This document shows positions 53,802-63,496 of a DNA stretch of 64,000 bases, piece after piece (the first letter of the stretch is position 1; each line of letters starts with the position of its first letter). This DNA is from Clostridia bacterium (GTDB taxonomy: Bacteria > Bacillota > Clostridia > Christensenellales > CAG-138): positions 78,885 to 142,884 of the forward strand of contig JAFYJD010000006.1 in the NCBI GenBank assembly GCA_017538255.1, given 5' to 3'. The translations under genes were made by a program, and so were the position numbers. The notes under the pieces are model-generated. The model was not told where the DNA came from. It did no database searches and saw nothing but the letters and a program-made list of their open reading frames with translations.

Positions 53802-54524
53802 TCAACTCGCTTTTTTCGCCGTCAGTTTCTCACAAAGCCTTTCAACGGGCGCAAACACCCTGCCCCAATGGAACTTTTTGCAAATAAAGAACGCGGCGGC
53901 CGCAAGCGCGATACCTGTGGGGATGTCGAGCAGATAATGCTGCTTTACATACACCGTGGACGCATATATAAGCAGCGTTGTTATAAGCGAATATGCCCTG
54001 AACCATTTGGGGATCTCCCTGCGCCCCATAACGCCCAGATAGCATAGCGTGCTGTTTATGCAATGAAAACTCGGAAGCAGGTTGTACGCCATTTCGGAGC
54101 CGTCCAGCGAGTACCAGAATTCGCGTAGTTTATCGAAGACAGTCGGGTTCTCAACGGTTTTGTAAAGCCCCTCGGCGACCCTGTTCATATATGTCGGCAG
54201 TAAGGCGAGCACGATCATACCCACGACGCAGGCAACGAGATTCGATGCCATATAGTCGGCAAAATGCTGTTTTTCGCATTTTGAAACCACCATCGGACCC
54301 ATCGCCCAGTAGACGTATGACCATATGTACGGGATTATGAAGACGGATACGATCCCTATCTTATCGTCAAGAGGTATCTTCGGCAGAAAAGGCTCAAACC
54401 CTATCAGCAGGGCAAGATGATGCCCCGCAAGATAAAAAGCGTGCTGCAATATCAAATAAACTATGCCTATTATGATGGCGTACAGTTTGATCCTGCCCGT
54501 GCCGTTTGTTTTTTCGTTAGTCAT
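53802..54524 (-). CDS. PAP2-superfamily (PAP2_C / sphingomyelin-synthase-like) membrane protein
   Basis: Six TM helices, with PSFHC and YVKQHYLLD (HxxxD) motifs. Confidence 0.6.
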   Translation of the reverse strand: MTNEKTNGTGRIKLYAIIIGIVYLILQHAFYLAGHHLALLIGFEPFLPKIPLDDKIGIVSVFIIPYIWSYVYWAMGPMVVSKCEKQHFADYMASNLVACVVGMIVLALLPTYMNRVAEGLYKTVENPTVFDKLREFWYSLDGSEMAYNLLPSFHCINSTLCYLGVMGRREIPKWFRAYSLITTLLIYASTVYVKQHYLLDIPTGIALAAAAFFICKKFHWGRVFAPVERLCEKLTAKKAS

Positions 54525-54555
54525 ATCCCGTCCCCGCTTTCCTGCGTATTTGCCG

Positions 54556-54957
54556 TTATTTGAAAAATGCGATCATTTGACCTTCATCGAACGAATGCAT
54601 TCCGAGCGCGCGATAAAAATCCACCGCAGGTGTGTCGACACCCGTAACAACAAACATTTGGCGCACATCCGCGTATTTTTCAAAAACCGCGTCCATAAGC
54701 GCTCTGCCAATACCCTGCCTGTGATACGCTTCCCGCACAATAAGGTCCTGTATCAGCACTGTATGCGCGCCGTCGCCGACGCACCTGACAAAACCGACGA
54801 GTTTATCCCCGTCGAAAGCGCCGAGCGTATAGAGCGAGTTTTCCCAGGCGCGTTCAAGACGCCTGAGATCGCCAAGGTAAGCCGTCCAGCCGAGCGAAAC
54901 ATACAGTTCGGCACCGCGTTTATAATCGGCGCTTTTCAAGTTTTTATAAGTGATCAT
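54556..54957 (-). CDS. GNAT family N-acetyltransferase
   Basis: HRQGIGRALMDAV motif, 133 aa. Confidence 0.75.
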   Translation of the reverse strand: MITYKNLKSADYKRGAELYVSLGWTAYLGDLRRLERAWENSLYTLGAFDGDKLVGFVRCVGDGAHTVLIQDLIVREAYHRQGIGRALMDAVFEKYADVRQMFVVTGVDTPAVDFYRALGMHSFDEGQMIAFFK

Positions 54958-55060
54958 TATAGTCTTCTTTCCTTTCTTTAATTGCGATCCTGTCCGCTAT
55001 CTCATAGTCCGTTTCACACGCAGGCATACCTGCTTTTCTCGACGCGCAATACCGGCATCA

Positions 55061-56197
55061 TCACATAAAATCAAGCAGCACTTCATTCTGAAAATCAAGC
55101 CCGCGCCTTGTCAGCTTCATTCGCTCCTCGGTCACTTCCATCGTACCGTCGAGCGCAGCGGCGCTGACTGCGGCGGCGAACTGCTCCACGGGGTCGATCC
55201 CGAACCTTGCTTCAAACTCCGCGCGGCTCACGCCGTCCGTTTTGCGAAGCCCCATCATAATGCACTCGAACATCTCGTCCTCGCGTTCGATCTCCTTGGT
55301 TTCTTCGAGTGGGAGTTTATTCTCTCCCAGAAACGCGAGGTATTCATCGACGGAAGTTTTGTTTGAAAAGCGCACCCATTTGCCGTTTATACGAAGCGCG
55401 GAATGCGCGGCGGCACCGACGCCGAGGTATTCGCCGTTGTTCCAATAATTTAGATTGTGGCGGCATTCAAAGCCCTCCTTCGCAAAATTGCTTATCTCAT
55501 AGCGGCGGTAGCCGAGGCTTTCCAAAAGCGCGATGCCCGCGTCCTGCATATCCGCCGTCGCGTCGTCATCCGGAAGCGTTATGCTGCCGCTTGAAACGGC
55601 GGCGTAAAGCGGCGTATTTTCCTCAAGGATCAACGAATACGACGATATGTGTTTTGCGCCGAGGCTTGCGGCAAGGCGAACGGACTCAAGATACGCGCTC
55701 TCGTTTTCAAGGGGCAGGCCGTGCATAATGTCAACGTTGATGTTGGTAAAGCCCGCGCTTTTGGCGAGAGCAAATGCGGCGACAAAAGTCTTTGTATCGT
55801 GGAGCCTGCCTATTGCGTCGAGCACCGCGTCGTCCGCGCTCTGCATCCCGAGCGAGATGCGGTCAACGCCCGCAGTTCTATATTCGATAAGTTTTTCTTC
55901 CGTAACGGATTCGGGATTGCATTCCATCGTTATCTCGGCATTTTCTGCAATATCGAAGCAGGCGCGCGCCTCGGCGAGGATGCGCGAAACGAGCCCCACT
56001 GGAAGCAGGGACGGCGTTCCCCCGCCGATGAACACGGTGTCGAAGCGTTTTGAGTTAACGAGCGGTGAATAGAGCCGCATCTCCGTAATCAGCGCGGCGG
56101 TATAAGGGATATGATCCGTTCTGTTTGCAAAACTTACAAAATCGCAGTAGGCGCATTTTCGTTTGCAATACGGTATGTGGATATAGAGTCCGGGCAT
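55061..56197 (-). CDS. hemW: Radical SAM heme chaperone HemW
   Basis: LYIHIPYCKRKCAYCDF CxxxCxxC motif and a C-terminal HemN_C-like region. The start shares 1 nt with the lepA stop (TGATG). Confidence 0.9.
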   Translation of the reverse strand: MPGLYIHIPYCKRKCAYCDFVSFANRTDHIPYTAALITEMRLYSPLVNSKRFDTVFIGGGTPSLLPVGLVSRILAEARACFDIAENAEITMECNPESVTEEKLIEYRTAGVDRISLGMQSADDAVLDAIGRLHDTKTFVAAFALAKSAGFTNINVDIMHGLPLENESAYLESVRLAASLGAKHISSYSLILEENTPLYAAVSSGSITLPDDDATADMQDAGIALLESLGYRRYEISNFAKEGFECRHNLNYWNNGEYLGVGAAAHSALRINGKWVRFSNKTSVDEYLAFLGENKLPLEETKEIEREDEMFECIMMGLRKTDGVSRAEFEARFGIDPVEQFAAAVSAAALDGTMEVTEERMKLTRRGLDFQNEVLLDFM

Positions 56198-57999
56198 CAG
56201 TTGATCCTAAGCACGCTCATAAAGGCTTCGCTCGGAAGTTCCACGGAGCCTATCTGGCGCATACGCTTTTTACCCTCTTTTTGTTTTTCGAGCAGTTTTT
56301 TCTTTCGGGTTATATCGCCGCCGTAGCATTTTGCGAGCACGTCCTTGCGGAGCGCGCGAACGGTCTCGCGGGCGATTATCTTGCCGCCTATCGCCGCCTG
56401 TATCGGTATCTCGAACTGCTGACGCGGTATGACTTCCTGCAGTTTTTCGGCTACCGCCCTGCCCTTTTGATAGGCCTTGTCGCGGTGGACTATCGTCGAA
56501 AGCGCGTCGCACATATCGCCGTTAAGCAGGAAGTCGAGTTTTACAAGATCGCTCGCGACATAGTCGCTTATCTCGTAATCGAACGACGCGTAGCCCCTTG
56601 AACGGCTCTTAAGACTGTCGAAAAAGTCGAAGATTATCTCGTTGAGCGGTATCTGGTAGGTGAGTTTTACACGGCTTTGCTCAAGATAGACCATATCCTG
56701 GAATATGCCGCGCTTTTCCTGGCAGAGTTCCATAATCGTTCCTACATACTCGGGCGGAGTCATAATATGGCTCAGGCACATCGGCTCCTCCATCCTGTCG
56801 ATCTCCGTAGGCGACGGCAGGTTGGCGGGGTTGTCTATCATAACGGTGCTGCCGTCCGTGAGTATAACGCGGTAGATTACGCTCGGCGCGGTCGTAACGA
56901 GGTCGAGATCGAACTCCCTTTCGAGCCTTTCCTGCGCGATCTCCATATGCAAAAGCCCCAAAAAGCCGCAGCGGAACCCGTAGCCAAGGGCCTGGCTCGT
57001 TTCCGGCTCATAACTTATCGAAGCGTCGTTGAGTATCAGTTTTTCAAGCGCGTCGCGCAGGTTTTCGTATTCCGCGCCATCGGCGGGATAGATGCCGCAG
57101 AACACCATCGGGCTCGCCTGTTTATAGCCGTGCAGGGGCTCCTTCGCAGGGTTCTCGGCAAGGGTTATGGTATCGCCTACCTTGGTCTCGGCAACGGATT
57201 TTATCGACGCGGAGATATATCCCACCTCGCCCGCCGTCAGTTCCGAAACGGGTTTGAGGCTCGGTGAAAATACGCCTACCTCTGTTACGTCGAACTCGCT
57301 GCCTGTGTGCATAAAGCGGATGCGGTCGCCCTGACGCACCGAGCCGTCCATAATGCGCACATAACTCAAAGCGCCCTTGTAGTTATCGTAAAAACTGTCG
57401 AATATCAGCGCACGAAGCGGCGCCTTTTCATCGCCCTTGGGCGGCGGAAAATCCGAAACGATGCGTTCGAGCACCTGTTCGACGTTAAGACCCGTTTTTG
57501 CGGATACGCGCGGAGCGTCCTCGGCGGGAAGTCCGATGATATCCTCGATCTCGCGCACGGCGTTGTCCGGGTCCGCGCTCGGAAGGTCGATCTTGTTGAT
57601 TACGGGCAGTATCTCAAGCCCGTTATCGACGGCGAGATAGACGTTCGCAAGGGTCTGCGCCTCGATGCCTTGCGTCGCGTCGACGATCAGCACTGCGCCG
57701 TCGCACGCGGCAAGCGCGCGGCTGACCTCGTATGTAAAGTCGACATGACCGGGCGTGTCGATAAGATTGAGCATATAGGTATTGCCGTCTGTATGCTTAT
57801 AAAACATACGCACGGCTGTGGATTTTATGGTTATTCCGCGCTCGCGCTCAATATCCATCGAGTCGAGCAGCTGATCCGCCATATCGCGGCTTGAAACGGT
57901 CTCGGTGCGTTCCATAAGCCTGTCCGCAAGCGTGGACTTACCGTGGTCGATATGCGCGATTATGCAGAAGTTTCTGATGAGTTCTCTTTTGTATGACAT
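56197..57999 (-). CDS. lepA: Translation elongation factor 4
   Basis: [21 protein letters not shown], then typical LepA throughout. Start set to ATG 57999 (GGAGGC RBS), giving 600 aa. The listed 58158 start adds 53 unsupported residues. Confidence 0.95.
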   Translation of the reverse strand: MSYKRELIRNFCIIAHIDHGKSTLADRLMERTETVSSRDMADQLLDSMDIERERGITIKSTAVRMFYKHTDGNTYMLNLIDTPGHVDFTYEVSRALAACDGAVLIVDATQGIEAQTLANVYLAVDNGLEILPVINKIDLPSADPDNAVREIEDIIGLPAEDAPRVSAKTGLNVEQVLERIVSDFPPPKGDEKAPLRALIFDSFYDNYKGALSYVRIMDGSVRQGDRIRFMHTGSEFDVTEVGVFSPSLKPVSELTAGEVGYISASIKSVAETKVGDTITLAENPAKEPLHGYKQASPMVFCGIYPADGAEYENLRDALEKLILNDASISYEPETSQALGYGFRCGFLGLLHMEIAQERLEREFDLDLVTTAPSVIYRVILTDGSTVMIDNPANLPSPTEIDRMEEPMCLSHIMTPPEYVGTIMELCQEKRGIFQDMVYLEQSRVKLTYQIPLNEIIFDFFDSLKSRSRGYASFDYEISDYVASDLVKLDFLLNGDMCDALSTIVHRDKAYQKGRAVAEKLQEVIPRQQFEIPIQAAIGGKIIARETVRALRKDVLAKCYGGDITRKKKLLEKQKEGKKRMRQIGSVELPSEAFMSVLRIN

Positions 58000-58173
58000 T
58001 AAGCCTCCGTTGCGGCGGATAAGTCTGGTTGCGCCGCCGCATAATTGCCTATGATAATTATACATTATGCACGCGTGTTTTGCAATAAGATAACTCGGCT
58101 TTCGTTCCCGTTCCGCAGCGCAAAAAATGCCGCGGGCAGTATGCCCGCGGCAAAGCACAACCGATCCCCCGGA

Positions 58174-59634
58174 TCAGCCGGAGACCTTTACGCTTTGAGC
58201 GCCGAGATAAAACTCCACCCCGTCCTCGCTCATATAGAGATCGAAAGTTTTTTCGTTCTCGTTATAATTCGTAAGATACATAGCGGCGTTTTCGTACGCC
58301 TCAAAGAACGAAACGTTCGTTGCGATCGCGTTGGCGCGCTCGTCCTTGAGCCATATCAGCGTTCCGTCGTCCAAACGCGTTGAATAGCAAAGGATGTTGC
58401 CGTTGCCCATACGCTTCGCGTAATCCACGCCGCTGACGAGCACGACGGAGAGTTTGCCGTTTTGATAGCGCTGAAGATTTCCGTAAACATCAATCAGATA
58501 GAGGTCGGAAAAATCGTCCCCGACACAGTAGTTCATAATGTTCGTCGCAAGCGTTTTTACCCTTTTGGGGTTGTAGACGGACATTGAGTACAGTTTGTTG
58601 TCAACGAGGAACAGCAGGTTTTTGCCGTCCTCCGACACGCTGAACTGATCCGCGCCGCCCGCGAGTTTTCTTGTTTTTATATCGGATGCGACATAGTACA
58701 CATTGTATCTGTCGTATTTTTTTCCGTACGAGCCGGTCGCAGTTATGCTTGTGTAGAACACGCTTTCGATCAGCGAGTCCGCGTTTTTGTGCAGGGTGGT
58801 GCAGGCGCTTCCGCCCATTGTGGCACGCTGTGCGCCGGCAAACGAGAGTATCGACGCGTCGGTGAGTTTTACGCCTTTTGAGCCGTTTTTCGAAAAATGC
58901 GTGTTCTCTTTAACATCGAAGGTTATCTCGGTAAGATCCCTGTTGACCTCGAAATACGGCGAGGCGTTTTCTGTTATGACCTTATCGGTCTTGCCGCTGA
59001 CGTAGTGGAGCTCGCCCGTAACGGTATCGCCCGAAGTTTTAAGATAGTAGCAGCGCTCATTGTTGTCCGCAACGGCGACTATCACGCGGTCAGATCCGAG
59101 CACTTCTGTCTTGCCGTCCGAATAGATATAGGTTTTGAACGTGCCGTCCTTTGTCAATACGCCTATGCCCGCCGTCTTTCCGTCGGGCGAAATGGCGAGA
59201 TTGACGATGCCCTTTGCCTCGATATCCGGCAGTTGGATAAAGTCCTCCTTATCGTTTTCGTAAAGGAATACCTTTGTCGCACTGGAAAAAAGTATCGCGC
59301 TGCCGTTTATCGGCTGAACGGCGTTCGTAACCGCGGCGGGATAGATCTTTTTGATGCCGCTCGCGTCGATCCTGTAAAGCGAGTTTGCCGCAACGATAAA
59401 GCCCTCGGTGCCGTCCACGGTCCTGAGCGCGTCGATGCCGCCGATTATGACGCCTTCGAGTTTTTTGCCGTCCGCGAAGAAGCAGGTGGTCGCGTTGCCG
59501 TCCTTTACGCTGTAAAACGAGAGCAGGCTATGCTCCATCTTTGGCGAGTAATTGGTTTTTTGGGCGCAGGCGCTGCAAAAGAGCGCAAAAACCGTTGCAA
59601 GAAGCAGTATTATTGCCGAATATCTTTTTTTCAT
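58174..59634 (-). CDS. Hypothetical lipoprotein, beta-rich (possible beta-propeller/TolB-like repeats)
   Basis: Signal peptide with lipobox LFCSAC. 486 aa rich in D/G/K/T/Y beta-strand repeats. Driven by a perfect consensus promoter. No family recognised. Confidence 0.6.
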   Translation of the reverse strand: MKKRYSAIILLLATVFALFCSACAQKTNYSPKMEHSLLSFYSVKDGNATTCFFADGKKLEGVIIGGIDALRTVDGTEGFIVAANSLYRIDASGIKKIYPAAVTNAVQPINGSAILFSSATKVFLYENDKEDFIQLPDIEAKGIVNLAISPDGKTAGIGVLTKDGTFKTYIYSDGKTEVLGSDRVIVAVADNNERCYYLKTSGDTVTGELHYVSGKTDKVITENASPYFEVNRDLTEITFDVKENTHFSKNGSKGVKLTDASILSFAGAQRATMGGSACTTLHKNADSLIESVFYTSITATGSYGKKYDRYNVYYVASDIKTRKLAGGADQFSVSEDGKNLLFLVDNKLYSMSVYNPKRVKTLATNIMNYCVGDDFSDLYLIDVYGNLQRYQNGKLSVVLVSGVDYAKRMGNGNILCYSTRLDDGTLIWLKDERANAIATNVSFFEAYENAAMYLTNYNENEKTFDLYMSEDGVEFYLGAQSVKVSG

Positions 59635-59676
59635 AGAGTTCCGTCCTTTGCGCCAAGGCGCAGTATTATCCCAAGC

Positions 59677-59705
59677 ATTATACTAAATATGGCGCGAATT
59701 GTCAA
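59677..59705 (-). promoter_or_regulatory. Perfect consensus promoter for the 58174..59634 lipoprotein gene
   Basis: Minus strand TTGACA, 17 nt, TATAAT. Confidence 0.7.
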
Positions 59706-59737
59706 AACGCGCCGAGCGTCGCATCCGCTTTTTTGAT

Positions 59738-60574
59738 TCAGTCGCGGCCTGTATTCTTTGCGGACGCGGCGAGCGCGAAAAAAGCGACAGCGGAAGCCGC
59801 CGCGACGTTGAGCGAGTCAACGCCGTTCGACATGGGTATCTTTACCCGATAGTCGCAGTTTTCGACGGTCTGTTTTTGAAGGCCGTAACCCTCGGAACCG
59901 AGCAGTATCGCAAGGCGCTCCTCCCCGACGAGAGCGGGCTCGTCCACTCTTACCGAATCGTCCACAAGCGCCATCGCCGCCGTTTTGAAGCCAAGCGCCT
60001 TCAGCGCTTCTATATCCGTGCGCTTTCGGTCGGTTTTCATACATTCAAGCACCGTCCACGGCACCTGGAACACCGCGCCCATACTGACGCGTGCCGAACG
60101 CCTGTTAAGCGGATCGCAGCAGGATGAGCCGACGATCACGGCGTCCATTCCGAGCGCCGCGGCGGAGCGGAAGATCGCTCCGATATTGGTTGAATCCACG
60201 ATGCCTTCGAGCACCGCTATGCGCCTTGCGCCGCGTACGATATCCCGGGCGCACGGGAGCGGTCTTCTTTTCATCGCACAGAGCACGCCCCTTGAAAGAT
60301 GAAAGCCCGTGATGCTTTCGAACACTTCGGGTGCGGCGCAAAAAACTGGCGCGTCAATACCGTCGCCAAACGCGAGCGAGATCTCGTTTATGTATTTTTC
60401 TTCCGTCAAAAACGAAACGGGCTCATAGCCTCCCGCAACCGCCGCATTTATTACATTTATGCTTTCGGCGATGAACAGGCCTCCCTCGCCCGCACGGCGA
60501 AGCTGCGCCTCGGTGAGTTTTGTATAGGGCGCCGTTTCCGGCACGTTTATATCCGTTATTCTGATTATTTTCAC
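59738..60574 (-). CDS. TrmH/SpoU-family RNA 2'-O-methyltransferase
   Basis: VLEGIVDSTNIGAIFRSAAALG, LLGSEGYGL and IPMSNGVDSLNVAAASAV motifs. Start set to GTG 60574, because the consensus promoter at 60606..60634 covers the listed ATG 60634. Confidence 0.8.
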   Translation of the reverse strand: MKIIRITDINVPETAPYTKLTEAQLRRAGEGGLFIAESINVINAAVAGGYEPVSFLTEEKYINEISLAFGDGIDAPVFCAAPEVFESITGFHLSRGVLCAMKRRPLPCARDIVRGARRIAVLEGIVDSTNIGAIFRSAAALGMDAVIVGSSCCDPLNRRSARVSMGAVFQVPWTVLECMKTDRKRTDIEALKALGFKTAAMALVDDSVRVDEPALVGEERLAILLGSEGYGLQKQTVENCDYRVKIPMSNGVDSLNVAAASAVAFFALAASAKNTGRD

Positions 60575-60605
60575 AATGCTGCTCCGCGTTTCAGTCTGCG
60601 CGGAT

Positions 60606-60634
60606 ATTATAATTCCGCCCACGGCGATTGTCAA
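60606..60634 (-). promoter_or_regulatory. Perfect consensus promoter for the TrmH-family gene
   Basis: Minus strand TTGACA, 17 nt, TATAAT. Confidence 0.7.
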
Positions 60635-60654
60635 TCGCGCAGCCGCACTTTTTA

Positions 60655-60683
60655 TTGCGAAACGGTCGATATTATGTTATAAT
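60655..60683 (+). promoter_or_regulatory. Promoter for DUF512-der
   Basis: TTGCGA, 17 nt, TGtTATAAT. Confidence 0.65.
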
Positions 60684-60722
60684 CATACTGGAGTATTATT
60701 GAAATGAGCGCGAAAGGCGAAT

Positions 60723-62141
60723 ATGAAGCACCTCATCGTCGGCGTTGACGTGGGCTCCCCCGCCGCCAAAGCCGGAATAAAGCAGGGCTGGATGCTTGAA
60801 AGCATCAACGGCGAGCCCGTATACGATGTAATAGACTATGAGCAGTTGTGTGCAAATAGTGTTGTTGAACTTACGCTCGTCAAAGCGCCCGCTGCCGCAT
60901 TGGCCGAAAAAGAAAAGCTCGTCGGCGAGAGCGTTTATTCACATACCGAGCCCCTTATTCGCGGCGATGAGGATGGGGGCGTTCCGTCCGACTCCACAGA
61001 AAAAAAGACCGTCCGTATAAGGAAGGACGAGTACGAGCCGCTTGGGCTGAACTTTGAATCGGGCCTAATGAGCCGCGTGCGTCAATGCGCCAACCACTGC
61101 ATATTCTGCTTCATCGATCAGATGCCGCACGGCAACCGCAAGACGCTGTATTTTAAGGACGACGACTGGCGGCTTTCACTGATAATGGGCAATTATGTAA
61201 CGCTCACGAACGTCGGTGAACGCGAGTTTGAACGGATACTCTCGCGCAGGGCGGCGCCGCTGTACATCACCGTTCACGCAACGGACGGCGAAGTAAGAAA
61301 GCGCATGCTTCGCGGCAAAAACGCCGAAAACCTTTTGCCGAGGCTCAAACGCCTGCACGAAAAGGGGCTGTCGTTCCACTGCCAGATAGTGCTCTGCCCC
61401 ACCATCAACGACGGCGAAGTGCTTGAAAAGACGCTCGACGACCTTTACGCGTTAAGACCCGAATGCCGCTCCGTCGCCGTCGTGCCGCTCGGCATAACCA
61501 AGCATCGGGAGGGGCTTGCCGAACTCACGCCGATCACCGAAGCGAGCGCATCCGCTGCGATAAAGCTGATAGACGATTTCAAAAGAGAACGCGGCATAAA
61601 GGATTTTTGCTACGCTTCGGACGAGATGTATCTTACCGCGAAGCAACCTCTGCCCGAATATGAGGCTTACGGAGATTTTGAGCAGATAGAAAACGGCGTT
61701 GGGATGTACCGCCTGTTTGAGAGCGATTTTCTTATGATGCTCGATACGCTCGAAAAGCCCGTATCGCCCGTTGAGTTCGATTCCATCAGCGGCATTTCGA
61801 TAGCCCCGCTGATGCAGGAACTGTTCGATAAACTTCTGCCATATAATATCAGGATAAACGTGCATCCCGTTTTGAACGACTTCTTCGGACATACGATAAC
61901 CGTTACGGGACTGATAACCGCACGCGATATTCTAAACCAACTCCAAGGCAAACTGCGCGGAAAGGCGCTCCTGCTTCCGCAGACGATGCTTCGAGAGAAC
62001 GATACCGTTTTTTTGGACGGACTGCGCATAGACGAGGTATCCGAGCGCCTCGGGCTCCCCGTTTACATGGTATCCGCGGGCGACGGCGCCGATTTTATCG
62101 AAGAACTATCCGAGATAACGGCATTATTTATAAATAAATAA
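60723..62141 (+). CDS. DUF512 domain protein (PDZ + radical-SAM-like core)
   Basis: N-terminal PDZ ([23 protein letters not shown]), a CANHCIFCF cluster and a DUF512-type C-terminus. In the usual position upstream of der. Confidence 0.8.
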   Translation: MKHLIVGVDVGSPAAKAGIKQGWMLESINGEPVYDVIDYEQLCANSVVELTLVKAPAAALAEKEKLVGESVYSHTEPLIRGDEDGGVPSDSTEKKTVRIRKDEYEPLGLNFESGLMSRVRQCANHCIFCFIDQMPHGNRKTLYFKDDDWRLSLIMGNYVTLTNVGEREFERILSRRAAPLYITVHATDGEVRKRMLRGKNAENLLPRLKRLHEKGLSFHCQIVLCPTINDGEVLEKTLDDLYALRPECRSVAVVPLGITKHREGLAELTPITEASASAAIKLIDDFKRERGIKDFCYASDEMYLTAKQPLPEYEAYGDFEQIENGVGMYRLFESDFLMMLDTLEKPVSPVEFDSISGISIAPLMQELFDKLLPYNIRINVHPVLNDFFGHTITVTGLITARDILNQLQGKLRGKALLLPQTMLRENDTVFLDGLRIDEVSERLGLPVYMVSAGDGADFIEELSEITALFINK

Positions 62142-62170
62142 CCTTTTTTATAAAAGTTGAGGATTTAAAA

Positions 62171-63496
62171 ATGAAACCTTTGATCGCAATAGTCGGCCGC
62201 CCGAACGTGGGCAAATCTACGCTTTTCAACAAGATCGTCGGCAAACGCATAGCGATAGTCGAGGATACGCCGGGCGTTACGCGCGACCGCATCTACGCGG
62301 ACGGCGAGTGGCTCAACTATCATTTTACGCTGATCGATACGGGCGGCATCGAGCCCGAGAGCGAAGATATAATCGCAAAGCAGATGCGCCGTCAAGCGGA
62401 ACTTGCGATTGAAACCGCGCACGTCATCGTCTTCATAGTCGACGGACGGGCGGGCCTTACCGCTGCGGACGAAGAGGTCGCCGAGATGCTCCGCCGAAGC
62501 AAGAAGCCCGTCGTGCTTGTCGTAAACAAACTCGACCATCCCAAGTTTGAGGACGAGATCTATGATTTTTACACGCTCGGCATCGGCACGCCCATCGGCA
62601 TCTCCGCCGAACAGGGGCTCGGTCTTGGGGATATGCTCGACGAGATAGTCGCCCACTTCCCCCGCATCGAGGAAGAAGCCGCCGAGGAGAATCCCTCCAT
62701 CGCCATCGTCGGACGCCCGAACGTCGGCAAATCGAGCCTTGTAAACGCGCTTCTCGGGCAGGAGCGCACGATCGTAAGCGATGTGCCCGGCACCACGAGG
62801 GATGCTGTCGACTCGCCCTTTGTTTGGAACGAAAAGGAATACACGCTCATCGACACCGCCGGCATCCGCAGAAAGCGCGCCGTCGAGGACGAAACGGTCG
62901 AGCGCTACAGCGTCATTCGTTCGCTTGCCGCCATACGCCGCTGCGACGTTGCGCTTATCGTCATAGACGCGGAGCGCGGCATCAGCGAACAGGACGTCAA
63001 GATCGCGGGCTATGTTCATGAGGAGGGCAAAGCAAGCGTTGTCATCGTCAACAAATGGGATCTTATCGAAAAGGACACCTATACCGCGGACAAGTTCAAA
63101 AAGGACATACTGGTTGACCTTGCGTTTATGAGTTATGTGCCGATGCTGTTCATCTCCGCCAAGACCGGCCAGCGCGTCAACAAGGTTATGGAACTTGCCG
63201 AATACGCACTCGAGCAGAACAGTATGCGCATTTCGACCGGCAAACTCAACGGCGTTGTGAACGAAGCCGTTACGATGAACGAGCCCCCCGTTTCAAGCGG
63301 CAGGCGGCTTCGCATCTACTACTCGACGCAGGTCAGCACCAAGCCCCCGACCTTTGTCATCTTCGTAAACGAGCCCGACCTTATGCACTTTTCCTATAAG
63401 CGCTACCTTGAGAACTTCATCCGAAAATCGTTTGAACTCAAGGCAACGCCGATACGAATAATTATCAGAAAGCGTGAAAGAAATGACGATAAATAA
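62171..63496 (+). CDS. der: Ribosome biogenesis GTPase Der (EngA)
   Basis: Two GTPase domains (GRPNVGKST and [25 protein letters not shown]) plus a KH-like C-terminus. Confidence 0.95.
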   Translation: MKPLIAIVGRPNVGKSTLFNKIVGKRIAIVEDTPGVTRDRIYADGEWLNYHFTLIDTGGIEPESEDIIAKQMRRQAELAIETAHVIVFIVDGRAGLTAADEEVAEMLRRSKKPVVLVVNKLDHPKFEDEIYDFYTLGIGTPIGISAEQGLGLGDMLDEIVAHFPRIEEEAAEENPSIAIVGRPNVGKSSLVNALLGQERTIVSDVPGTTRDAVDSPFVWNEKEYTLIDTAGIRRKRAVEDETVERYSVIRSLAAIRRCDVALIVIDAERGISEQDVKIAGYVHEEGKASVVIVNKWDLIEKDTYTADKFKKDILVDLAFMSYVPMLFISAKTGQRVNKVMELAEYALEQNSMRISTGKLNGVVNEAVTMNEPPVSSGRRLRIYYSTQVSTKPPTFVIFVNEPDLMHFSYKRYLENFIRKSFELKATPIRIIIRKRERNDDK

